64,000 nt of DNA from Azolla caroliniana. Lineage: Eukaryota > Plantae > Polypodiophyta. This document shows, one piece after another, positions 14,601 through 26,428 of the stretch. A program made the translations under genes and the position numbers. The notes under the pieces were generated by a model, which was given only the letters and a program-made list of their open reading frames with translations, ran no database searches and was not told where the DNA came from. How positions within the stretch are numbered: position 1 is the stretch's first letter; each line of letters begins with the position of its first letter. The DNA lies in NCBI GenBank assembly GCA_043228905.1, contig JBHGNT010000004.1, forward strand, positions 17,918,001 to 17,982,000, read 5' to 3'.

Positions 14601-16733
14601 GAAGGCTCAGGAGGTGTATTCTCCTCCGTTCTAAATCGGAGTCTCTTCACTCTGTGTCTTGACCGGTTCTCTACTTTAGCTATCCATCAAGTGAAGACCA
14701 CGAGCGTTTCATCTTTCGACCTAATCAAATAGGCCCAGACTTTCCGTGTACAATCATCTACAAATGTGATGAAGTACCGGGAGCTTCCTAGTGATCTCTC
14801 AGGCATGGGACCACATATATTTGTGTGCACGAGTTCTAGGGGTTGTCATACCGTACCATAATGGAGAGAGTGCGGACTTCGGGTCTGTTTCTCGTAGCAA
14901 CAATGATCGCAGAAGTCAGTCTTTGCTTGAAGTGTCGGAATGTAGCCAACCGCCATTAGTCGATCGAGTCCAACTTGAGACATATGACCGAGTCTGCCAT
15001 GCCATAAGTTTGGATCGATCTTTGTGGCTACATTCACGACCCCTTCTGGATTGATCACCATTATTGTGTACAAGTTGTTGTACTTGTGCCTGCTTCCTAT
15101 CTTTAGGTTTCCACGACTGATCATCCATGTCGACTCGCTCAGAGTTGTTCTGTACCCGTCTTCGGCTAACATGCCGATGGAGACCAGACTCGTTTTCAAT
15201 GTGGGTACATGCCGAAATTGGTGCAGGACTATTGTATTTCCATTTCACAGTTGAATTGGTACTTCGCCAATTCCTGTGATTCTGCACAACTGCCCATTGC
15301 CTAGTGAGACTGTGTTGCTAGCTTCGGCTAAATGGTTCGAGAACCATTCAATGTTCGGGGTTACGTGAAATGTGGCACCAGAGTCCAACAACCACGTATG
15401 TGCGTCTTGCACACTATAGAGGACTTCTCTGATCATTAAGTCCTCTAAGGAGAGGATTTCTCCTGATCGAGTGTCGACAACATTGACTTGGTTGCCGACT
15501 GGAGAGTGGTTCGAGTCGGATCGTCCTCGATTCTGCTCGGATCGCAAACGACTCTCTTTCCTCTTGATCGACCAGTAGTCGAAAACATTGTGACCAGCTT
15601 TTCTGCAATGGGTGCAGAATTCACCTAATTGGCCCGTTCTCGACTTCGATTGTTGTCGGTCTCCCCTCGTTTTTGACCGATTGGTGTTCCGATCGGTTCT
15701 ATCGGCTTGTCCTCTCGATCTACTCGATCGGTCGACTGACTCGGTCGAGTGGTGGGCTTCTGTCGATTTGTCGATGGTGAGTCCCATTGATTTTTGCCAA
15801 ATGTGCTCGATGAGGACTTGGCCGATTGTCTCATCTAGATTTAGGGTCGAGCGGCTATTGGAAAATGTCGTGCATAATACTTCCCAACTCGCCGGAAAGC
15901 TCGATAGGAGGGCAAGGGCTTTGACCTCGTCTTCGAAGTTGATCCCTTGTAAGAAGAGTTCAGACAACACCCGATTGAAGGTGTTGATATGCGAGGTGGC
16001 TGGGTCTGACTCTCTCATCTTCATATTGAATAGTTGCCTAACCAATATTAATTTTGATGATGAGGACTTCTTTTCATATATAGCTTCTAGCTTCTCCCAT
16101 AGTGAGAATGTTGTTGTCTCTTTTGCCATGATGAAGTAGACGTTTTCGGCTGAGGGCATCTGAATGGTGCTGCGAGCAATTTCGTCTATTCATCTCCACT
16201 CTTCGGCTAACATTGAAGCAGGTTTTTCAATGTGTTGAATGGCTTCGACCTGTCTTCTGATGATCAAGACATCCTGCATCATCTCCTTCTATAGGGCCAA
16301 GTTTTTGTCATCGAACTTTCGGATCTCAACTCCTGTACCGGATGCTGAAGCCATGTTCTTTATGGAAGTGAGATTCACTAATCTGGTTTTTTCTCTTTCA
16401 GCTTTTTCGGATGTTTGTTGCCGCCAAATAGTAGGTTGCTCTGATACTATTTGAAGAACAGATATGCTCGGAAGTGTGTATTAGGCCCTGTCAATAAGTA
16501 CTCAACAACCAACATAGAAAGAGTGAAGACAAGAAGATAGACACACTCTTAAGCTTTAATGGAAGCTTTGTTATTTCTATTCTCTCTCTCTCTCAAAGAC
16601 TCAAGATACAAGAATGATCAAGATGCTCATAGTACAATGTTAGGTTAGGGCTAATATACTCAAGCCCTAGCTATTGGACGTATTCACACTAGTAAGGATA
16701 CAAAGTGGAAGGAGTCAGTCTTTTATGCTAACA
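11616..16733 (-). mobile_element. Full-structure but degenerate Ty1/Copia element
   Basis: LTRs at 11616-11886 and 16452-16733, iMet PBS at 16438-16449, PPT at 11887-11896. Fragmented gag (CTHCRKAGH), protease (WLLDSGATFH), integrase, RT (YVDDML) and RNase H (YTDSDYAG). The TSD is degenerate (AATAT/GATGC). Confidence 0.92.
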
Positions 16734-16759
16734 GATGCCCCACCAAGACCCTTCAGAAT

Positions 16760-18099
16760 ACAAACATGATCCCATCCCAACCACGACAAGGCATTTTCCC
16801 CTTTTCTTTTCTATAACAACATTCTCATTGAGTCTGACACTATTTCAAGAGCTTTCTTTGACCATGGTAGCAAAGGAAGATAATAAGACACCGTAGAGAC
16901 CATAATTGATTGGATCACCTTAAGTCATACATGAAAAGGCCAGAATTGAGACCTCTGAAACATAAACTTATCCTCCAATATTTTGGATGCCCACTCAATA
17001 AGTTTCACTTGAGAAACTTCCACCCCAATTGGATATCCAAGGTGAAGATAAATCATACCACAATGTACTATCCTTCTTGACCAACCCAACCCTAACACAT
17101 CTTGTTCTGTACTTGAAATCACGACAATTTTATGCATATTAATTCTCAACCCTAAAGCATTTGAAAACAATTCCCACACATCTCTTGTCTTACTAATATT
17201 TTCCCGATCAGGCGCCAAAAACATAATATGGTCATTTGCAAAAGCTTGAACAATACATGGCTTCCGGATGGCAACCTTAGTGCAAGCAATTCTTCCTCCA
17301 TAGCCATATTGTGTGACATAACAAGAATAAGATGTGTCACAATAGTGAATAGTAAAGGATTGACCGAGCATCCTTGTCTAATTGATCTCCGACTAGAAAT
17401 CGGTTGTGTTACTCCTCCATTAAACATTACATGTGAAACCGAACCCTCCCCTAATGTGTATATCAACTTAGACATACGATCACCACAACCCATATGAGAC
17501 ATCAACTTATTTATAAATGACCAATCGACATTATCATAGGCTTTCTCAATATCCAATTGTAACAACACTAATTCTTGCTTAGATTCCTTTGCATAGCCAA
17601 CTGCCATTTGAACATTTAAAATATTATGTAAAATGTCTCTTTTTGCTAAGAACCCATATTGAGCATTGTGAATAATATTAGGTAAAACCTTATGCAATCC
17701 GTTGGCCATCACTTTTGCAAAAATCTTGTACATTTCCCCCATCAATGAAAATGGCCTCCATTCAGCAAAGGAATATGGCAAAGGCACCTTCAGCAAAAGC
17801 TTTATCAAATCAAACTTCCAAGAATGAGACATTTCCCTTGATGTCCACACCATCTGAAATAAGACCATAAAAGGCCCCTTTAACTTAATCACATATTTCT
17901 TAAGGAGTTCATTTGTTAATCCATCCCACCCAAGACTCTTATCATTAGCAAGATGTGACATGACGTGTTCCACCTCATCCTGTAAAATATTAGAATCTAA
18001 TGATTGTGCCACATCATGTGATACATAATTTTTCACTCCATTAAAAAATACATATCTATCCATTTTAACATTATCATCGATACACAATTGTACATCCAA
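16760..18099 (-). mobile_element. L1-like LINE reverse transcriptase fragment
   Basis: ORF 17152-18099 has KSLGWDGL, WRPFSL, QYGFL, LDIEKAYDNV and IRQGC. A frameshifted continuation has FANDH and YLHLGYPIG. Confidence 0.88.
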
Positions 18100-18254
18100 T
18101 CTCTCTCACAACCACAATGTGCACTTTCGATTGCAACATTCATTGGTAAAGCTCTTGAACATCGAGAGTCACTACTCACTTTCACGTGTATCACGTGAAA
18201 TGTAATATTTTTGGTCTTATAGGTCATATTTGACCTCCAAAGACAATAATAGAA

Positions 18255-18300
<46 letters not shown>
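18095..18300. repeat. Dispersed repeat copy 3 followed by (TC)n(AC)n
   Basis: Near-identical reverse complement of 2330-2480. Confidence 0.75.
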
Positions 18301-18301
<1 letters not shown>

Positions 18302-19830
18302 TATAAGTAGACAATTATACTAATTGTATGTAAAATTCACTTGTTACAACTTCTTAGCCTCCTCTACTAACTATGTAGGGAGAGGGAAATCATGTAAGGC
18401 CATTAGAAAACCTAAATATGCACTTGAGGAAATGATCCCCACATACTCTAATATTCATAAATTCCACATAAGAAGGCCTTTTAATTTCTTCATATAGACT
18501 TTCACCCATGTCTATTCTCAAACATGAAAGTATTACACATATTGCAATTGTGTTGCAATCCCCAATATCGTAAAAATTGGAATAATATCTCCAGTTCCTC
18601 ATTTGGACCATTTTGAAAATATTGAGGAAAAAAAACCTAGCCTCAAATAACAATGGGTTAAAACTTGCCAAATATCCGATAAGTACTTCCAAATTATATG
18701 TTGTTGTGGCTTCCTCCATGCACACACAGATCCTGGTGGGCCTCCGGTCGAGAGCACACGGGCTTCCAATGCAAATAAAGGCCTCATAAAAGCACACCAA
18801 AATGGTCAGAATAGAAAAGCGAAAACCTACAGAGTTCAATCCAACAACACTTCCTTCTCCAAAATCGTGGATGCCTTTCTCTCTCTCAATTTTCTCCTTT
18901 TATACCTAAGTGATTGAGGGAAGTTATTACATTAGGCTATTAAGATAACCGCTTTTCTGTCCCCGATTTTGTCCTGGATCTCCTCCCATCATTCGCCTCT
19001 ATACGTGTGGTCATAAAGTACCTAAAAAAACTCCTACCTAGTACTCAACAACACATAAATATTTACAAACACCGGGTCATTTGAAATAGGTAATATGTCG
19101 TATTCTCTTTTGGCATAGTTGGCCAGATGTAGAAAAGTACCCTATTTTAGCCTGATATCGAAAATATACGATGCATGCGTACCCCTTTTGCGACTTGATG
19201 GTTAAATATAGAACAAAAAAAACCTAGCAATTACTAAATTGTATATGTGTCCACATTCGTGTCAATTTGCATATCATGGAGCACAATTGAAGACTTGGTT
19301 CAATATAAAGTTCTAAAATTGGTATCCATATTCAAATTGTAGAGTAAAACTACATAAACCGTAATTATAAATATGTGGTTTTGGGTTTAGGAATAAAGTA
19401 GTACCCCACTTGTTGGACGGGTATATCGATTGTTTCATTGTATAATGTCATATAGTTCATGACAATGTAATTGGTAAGAGTAACAATTACGTACGACATT
19501 CATTTATACTATGTGGAACCAGTAGACTTGAACCGTAGGTAACTAAAAACCTCTTATTATAAAAAACATTCGCCTTTTCATATACAGTCATGCTAAAGGA
19601 AATGAGAAATTACAATATCATGTTAATATCTCAAACTGAAGAAGAGCATGGTGACCAATTATATGTAAATACAAACTACGGTTCCAATAATGATTAAAAA
19701 GGGAAATTATGAACAGGTGAATTTAATTAAACGATAAACAATTACAGATGTTCTCATATACAAATATAATATGAAGTGATGGTGAACATTATGCCTCAAA
19801 ATCCTCAATTTTTACATTACGCCATCTACA

Positions 19831-22800
19831 TCAATCTATAAGCAAATCAGGCAGAGCAGGCTCCTCTGGCGCTGATTGTTCTAGACTGTTTTCATTCGTG
19901 TAATCTCCAAGCTCTCCTGAATCTGATGTATGGTCAAACTGTGCTACATCTTCCAGGTCCACCAGCTCCCTTGCTTCTTCATCAATTGGTTCCATTGGTT
20001 CTCGTGAAGTCATCTGGAACATCTCTGTCTCGTTGATGTGTTTTGCTCCGACTTCTCGATCCTGATCTGGACAGTCCCAGATTCCTGTGATCCTCATTTT
20101 GATGAAGTTAACTTGAGCAGGGTCCTTCTCCAATGCAACACAGTTTCTAAACATCTTCAATGCACAAGCTGTCGTTGTACCTAATGGTCGCATGAACACA
20201 AACAAGTATATATAAGAAGTAACGTCTTAAACTTGATCGACAGGATTGAAATTAAATATATATATTATACCTGTGCCAGAGAACAAGTCTAGGACCCAAT
20301 CATCTGGATTCGAGAAGAGCTCTATGAGGCGGTTGATCAATCTTTGAGGTTTTTGATAAGGGTTCACCATACTTTTATCCTCTGACACATGTCTTAATTT
20401 TTTGGTTACAGCTGGGCACATGATGTAGTTAACCACGTTACGCTCATTGACATGTGCTCTAGCCTTCTTCTTTGTAATTGAATCATAGTAACCCACACAA
20501 AAATGTTCGACCGCACTAACCATTCGATCGTCAGGGCTACGTGTAATATTTGTTTTGATCCTATAGAGAAAGAAAATCAAGTATTAGAGGTGTAAATGTG
20601 TACATATAATAAGAAGTACTGTAATGAGTAAAAGCGAACTATAACGCACCAATGCATGTGTTCAGTGGCATGACAACGGGACTTCAAAGCTGTTGTGACT
20701 GACAGTGATTGCCCCATGCTATGAAATATGACTATCCTCCACAAGGGGGCCAATGTCAGTTCTGCGAAATCCTTTACCATTTTCTCGATCTGAGGGTACT
20801 TGAAAGGCACATCATCATATGTTGATCCCGCAATACGGAAACCATATGGTATGTCAACTATCAGCAAAGTGTAGTGCCTTCTCGGTAACAGTTCGAGCAT
20901 CTGGGATACTTCGCCATTGAAAACACTATAATGAAGCTGTTTGAAAGGATCAAACCTATGAAAAAAACTCTTAACAGTCTCCGAATCCTCGGGCAGTTCC
21001 ATTTCCTTCCCTTTGGTCATTCTCTTCTCATATTTCGCACGTTCTAAGTGCGTGATGAAGGCCGCTGGAATACCGTCATTATTGTCGTTGTTCTTTTTCG
21101 ATTTTGATGGTTTCTGCAAGTGTCATTGTTGTTAGTAGGGAACATTACTTTCTGACATATCAACATTCAAAAGACACATACCCATTCTCTAAATACAATA
21201 AAATATTCCTCCAATGCCCTGTAGGAAGAAGTTATCGGGCAGGCTTGTTCAACTTCTTCCCATGTCGGTAAACTCAGTTTTTGCATCATCAACTCTTGAA
21301 TCTTCATGTATACCTTGTGACTGCACAATCAATATGACATTAGAAATAAGATATTCAAAATAATTGAAGACTTTCATGAAAAGGTATACTATAAACACTT
21401 ACTTTTGCAAGTCTGTTACCATCTCGTCCAAACTAAATTACTTGGCGACCACTCGAGATAGCACAGATATTAACAATCTATCATCTTTGATACCTTGTAA
21501 TGATCTCCAAGGTAAAAGTTTCATGTCCTCTGCTAACTCCTCGATTACCAAGTCGCTTTTTCCCTTGGTCTTTGATTTCATCTCAACTTGTGGATCAATT
21601 CTTCCCTTTTTTTATCTTTTCCCCTTGACTTCTTTCTGCTCCCACATAGAGAATATTTTGTCTTGGAGATCCCACACCTCTCCGGTCCGAAAAGCTAGTT
21701 GAAACCAAGAATCATATTTTCGGAGACCTTCGGATTTGGTACTCTCATCCACTGCAATCCCTACTTCCAATAAACATTGGCGTCGCAATCCAGGCCACAA
21801 TCTTGGACCGAAACGATTCAAGGCATCCAGGTATTCATGATGAAAAAATCTTATCCTCTCTATACATGACATCTTTTGCCTATAATCGTTGTCATTGTTA
21901 TGGTCCCATGCGAGCAGCTTCGCCTCCTCGTGAGTTAGTCCTGCATATACCTTACATTCGGCGTACTTGAAGAACGGCGTGGGAGGATATTCTTTGACAA
22001 GCTATCATCGAGCTTCGGCCGAATGTGATCCTCCGATTACATAGTATACGTAATCGTCTGCAGAGCTATACTTGAAATCTGCTACTGTTGGGCATTGTTC
22101 TTGATCAACCATTACCAAAAATGGCACCACAGTAGCGTGAGGATTGATTTTCATTTTGCGTTTCAGGTTTTGCACATGGACGGAGTGCGGCACCCTAATT
22201 TCCAAGGGACGTCTTCCAGTCACGGGGTCAATGGGGGGCCTTTGGATAGAAGTAATGGGCAAATGAAATAGCTGGCCCCTACGCACAAGTTTAGTCTTCA
22301 CAATATTTTCTCTTATTTTATTTTGTTCTGATGTCAGGACACCAGAAGATAGTTGTCCGCCTGGAGCCACAACGTCGACTTGTTGGTCGTCTTCTTCTTC
22401 CACGAACTCTAATATTTCTTCTTCTTCTTCTTCGGGTCGTGGTCGTTTAGTATATTTCTTTTGAACAGGATTTGTCTTCCTAGACTTTTTCGGTGGAGTT
22501 TCTGCTTCACCGGTCATCATCTCTCCTGTCACATACGGCCGAAGAGCTACCAACAAGTTATTTTTTGTTTGCAGGTCTTTACGCAAAGCCTTGGGATTGC
22601 AAGATTCGGGTACTAGGTTTCCCTCATCAAGTCGCAATCGCCTGTTGCCAACTGAGCTCAAGACGTCGATTAAAATACTTGTAGAGTCAATGTCTTCGTA
22701 CTCTAGCTTGGTTACATGCCTGTAATTAAATGTTTTTCCAAGCTGAAGTTTCCCTTCCCCGTCCGATTTTGCCGTTATCAATAACAACACCCCATCCTCC

Positions 22801-23458
22801 TCGACATAAGAGAGACACCATTCAAGTTCGGGGTAATCCTTATATTTCACCTCAACCGTTTTCTCCTCTTGCGTACTACCTTTGTTGATTTTGGTAGTAG
22901 CCATAGATGACTTGGATCCTCCTTCCCCCGTTGAGTCAAATAAAATCTTTTTACTCGCGTCCTTCATGAAGGAGCCAGAATCTCGTTTTGTCGGAGATCG
23001 AATCTTCAATCTAAATGAAGGAACTTTTTGTCTGGGTTCACTGAAATTAAAAATGTTGGTGAAAACATAGAAACAACGTACAATTTTATCTAAATCACGC
23101 AAATTATCATTTAAAACACGTCAATTTTATGGTCCCATGCGATAGTTTTTTATCGCAAAAACATGCAGTGCATCAGATTTTGGTTGAAGGTCCCGCCTTT
23201 CAACTGAAATCCGATGCACTGCATCGGATTTCAGTTGAAAGGTCATCGGATTTGCGTTGAAAGGCAGGACCTTCAACCAAAATCTGATGCACTGATTTTG
23301 GTTGAAGGTCCTGCCTTTCAGAATTGCTTTCCAAGTTCGTTGTACAAAATAAAATAAAATTTCTATGTGTTGAGGAAAGGAATCTTTAAGGAATCTTTAG
23401 GAATCTTAAAAAATGTAATGAAAATTACTAACCTGACGATTTTCTTTCCCTTGTTCAT
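19831..23458 (-). pseudogene. Six-exon ParB-like + beta-class N6-adenine/N4-cytosine DNA methyltransferase (~968 aa when reconstructed; 4 premature stops)
   Basis: Exons 23458-23433, 23040-21403, 21320-21182, 21113-20650, 20560-20271 and 20180-19831. All introns are GT-AG and phase-consistent (2907 nt total). Motifs: LLIVDIPYG (motif IV), W-IKTN, NPYQKPQRLINRLIELFS..DWVLDLFSGTGTT (motif I), RNCVALEKD. ParB-like YYVIGGSHS. Confidence 0.85.
23166..23320. repeat. Nested inverted repeats (foldback) in intron 1 of the methyltransferase gene
   Basis: Perfect 23-bp arms at 23196-23218 and 23220-23242. A second arm pair at 23166-23204 and 23256-23294. A further partial copy extends to 23320. Confidence 0.9.
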
Positions 23459-23755
23459 GGTTCGTGCCGGAGGTAGTGCTGTCGACGATGTGCTTCTGAG
23501 TGCTCGAAAATTGGCCTGTGCTCTGAGCTCGATGGATTCTTTCACGTGATAATGAAAATGAAATTTCTAACCTCCTTATATAGAAGACTTTAGCATTCTT
23601 TTTAAAATAAAAAATAATTTTTTATTGTTTGTTTTTTAGGAAAATTTCGGAAAATAATATAGTTAATCTAAGTGTTCGGGTAGTTATATAGTTAGGCTTT
23701 AACATTCCTTAATTTTCTCAAAAGAAGGTTTTAGAATACAGTTAGACTCCCTCAA
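23459..23755. promoter_or_regulatory. Putative bidirectional promoter between methyltransferase and transposase
   Basis: ~300 bp AT-rich spacer between divergent ATGs (23458 and 23756). Minus-strand TATATAAG at about 23575-23582. Confidence 0.55.
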
Positions 23756-26428
23756 ATGTCTTCTTCTACAAGTAGAACATCTCTTTTTTCTATTGTCCCC
23801 TTCTCATTGTCAGACAACTCGTATTTCTCAATAGAAGAGTACGACCACAAAAAACATTCGCGGCTTAAACAGAAAAGTGTGGCTCCTAGTACTTCGAATT
23901 CTCTGTTTTCAATTGATCCTGTTGATGGCCCTCTTCATGCAAGCTTACAAGCGGACGATTCTTCGTCGATAGATAACAATAGCATTACTAAACCTCTAGC
24001 ATTTAAAAGAGTTCCTCGACAAGTTAGTGAAAAGAGATTTAATTTCTTATGTTCTGATCGTCAACTTCTATGCGACTTGAACAAATCGTGTTGTGCGAAT
24101 CTCTGTCTATCAACTTATGGAAAGTCAAGGTTACGTGAAACACGACAAAAATACTTGTCGCTTAATGGGGAAGAGCAAGATACATTTCTTCTTTCGCATA
24201 TGCAACTTAAATTGGATCACAAAGCAGGGCCTAATTCAACGCAAGTTGAATATTTCCTTGGACTAAATACCAAGTGTTGTCGAGCAGCTTTTAAAATCAC
24301 TCATAGCATTGGAAATATGCGGCTGCAACAAGTTCAAGAGCGACTTCTGAAGGGCTCCTAGGTAAAGTTCGATCAAAATGGTTCTGGATGTAAGGGTCAA
24401 ATTGGGCAACAGGCAATTAGGTGGATGGAGGTATATTTTTCAAAACAGTGCGAAGTTATGCCAACGACAGGAAGACTTCATTTGTCAGATAACTTTACTC
24501 GAAGGGAAGTTTACCAATCGAACAAGGACGACATGTCTTCCGATGTTGAGCCTTACATACAGTACAGGCATTTTAATCGACTATGGAGGTTACAATTTAA
24601 TAACGTGGTTATCCCACGAAAGGTGCGAATGGGAGTCTGCTCAATATGTGCGAGTTTAAAAAGTATGGCCAAGGGTGGAAAATCAAATGTAGAGATCAAG
24701 AATTACAAGAACCTGTTAAAAGAACATCGTGAAAGTCAGGCATTGGAACGTACTAAGGCTATGCATCACCGACAAAAAGAGTTTCAATCTCCCAAAAAGT
24801 ATATGTGCATGATTATTGACGGCATGGATCAAAAGAAAACTTGTTTGCCGCATTTTCAAAGACTCCCCAAGGATATTGGAGATGAGTGTCTCGTGCAAAT
24901 GCATCTAGTGGGTTGTTTGACATATTGTCAAACTATAAGACCGCAAGTGTTCTTAACTTATCCCAATATCCACAACGACCCTAATCTTACTGTCACTGTC
25001 ATGCACACGGTATTGCAATCATGGTCAGGTATACTTCCGCCAGTTCTATATGTGCAACTAGACAACACAGCAAGAGAGAATAAGAACTCAACTGTCTTCG
25101 GCTATCTAAGCATGCTAGTAGAGAGGGGCATATTTAAAAAGATAAAGGTTAACTTCTTGTTGGTTGGTCATACCCATGATCACATAGATCAAATGTTCAG
25201 TAGGTTCTCAAAGAAACTTGCTCGCTGTAATGCTTTCACACTTCCCAAGCTATCCAAATTGATTAGTGAAGCATATACACCAAAGCCTGAAGTACAACAC
25301 TTGAAAGAAGTATACGACTTTAAACGTTTTTGCATGGATAGTGACGAGACTAAAGGTAGGGTGCTTGCACCTCTTAATAATATAATTTTCAACCATGTCT
25401 TCCTCATAAAACAAAGATCGGCCCACCTCAAGATGACGGTGTTGTTTACGAAACAATACTCATCTAGTGCACAATGGGAGCCCCAAGAAGGTTGTAGGCT
25501 CCTTCTTCATATCCCAGATGAACCTCTACATGGTGCACAACAAATGCCATATGATGATCGTAAAAATGTAGCACCAAATAGTACTATTGATGAACAAAGG
25601 GCATATTGGTTGAGATGTCTAGCAGAGAAACAAAATAATATTGATCGGACTAAGAAGTATGCCGGTGATGAGGATGTTGAATGGTGGGAGATTTTCTTCA
25701 CCCATCAACGCACCATTTTAGATAATTACATCGCCGGTTTATGGCCAATCCGTATCCCATTCACATGGAACATTGGGATGACATCAACGATATCGCAGAC
25801 TCATCACCAACAATCGAATAATATGGAGCTTCATCATTTAGTTCGGCCACTGCAAAGAGATATTTATGTGGGACCAAGAAAGTCACGTACTGTTGAGGCA
25901 AGATGGCAAGGTAATTTGCAAGAACTACAAGTGGGAATGTTGGTTGCAACATTAGCAAGGGACGATACCTTGGGCCATCCATTTTGGATTGCAAAAATTA
26001 TTGAATTAGTAAGGGATGAAGAAAGTAGTCAGACAAAGTCAATAGTAGTTCACTGGTATCAGACAAATTCAACGGATGCATTTACAGGAAAGTATTCTTT
26101 AGAGATGGTTAAGGATGTCGGATGTTCAAGCAGAAAGGGAAGAAGAAAGCATATACCGAGCATGGCTACTCTCGCACTAGACCGTGTTGACATACTAGTA
26201 TATGACTTCTCATTGACAAAATCAGGTCATCTAAGACAAGCAACTATCAAGATAATAAAGGAGAAAATCCCAAACATGGTGTCAAACGAAATACAGAGAA
26301 TAACCAGAAGCAATTCTCATAACCACAAAGATGTTGGGTTGGAATTGGATGAGGATAATGCTTTGATTGCCACTGATGATGAGGATGAGACGTCAGAATG
26401 CTCTTCTAGTCCATCAGACATGTCTTAA
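23756..26428 (+). pseudogene. Sola1-like DDD transposase (~890 aa, one premature TAG at 24359-24361)
   Basis: ORFs 23756-24361 and 24425-26428 are in the same frame. Catalytic-type motifs IIDGMDQ, QLDNTARENKN and FLLVGHTHDHIDQMFS. N-terminal Cys clusters. The superfamily call rests on recalled motifs plus the 4-bp TSD. Confidence 0.82.
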
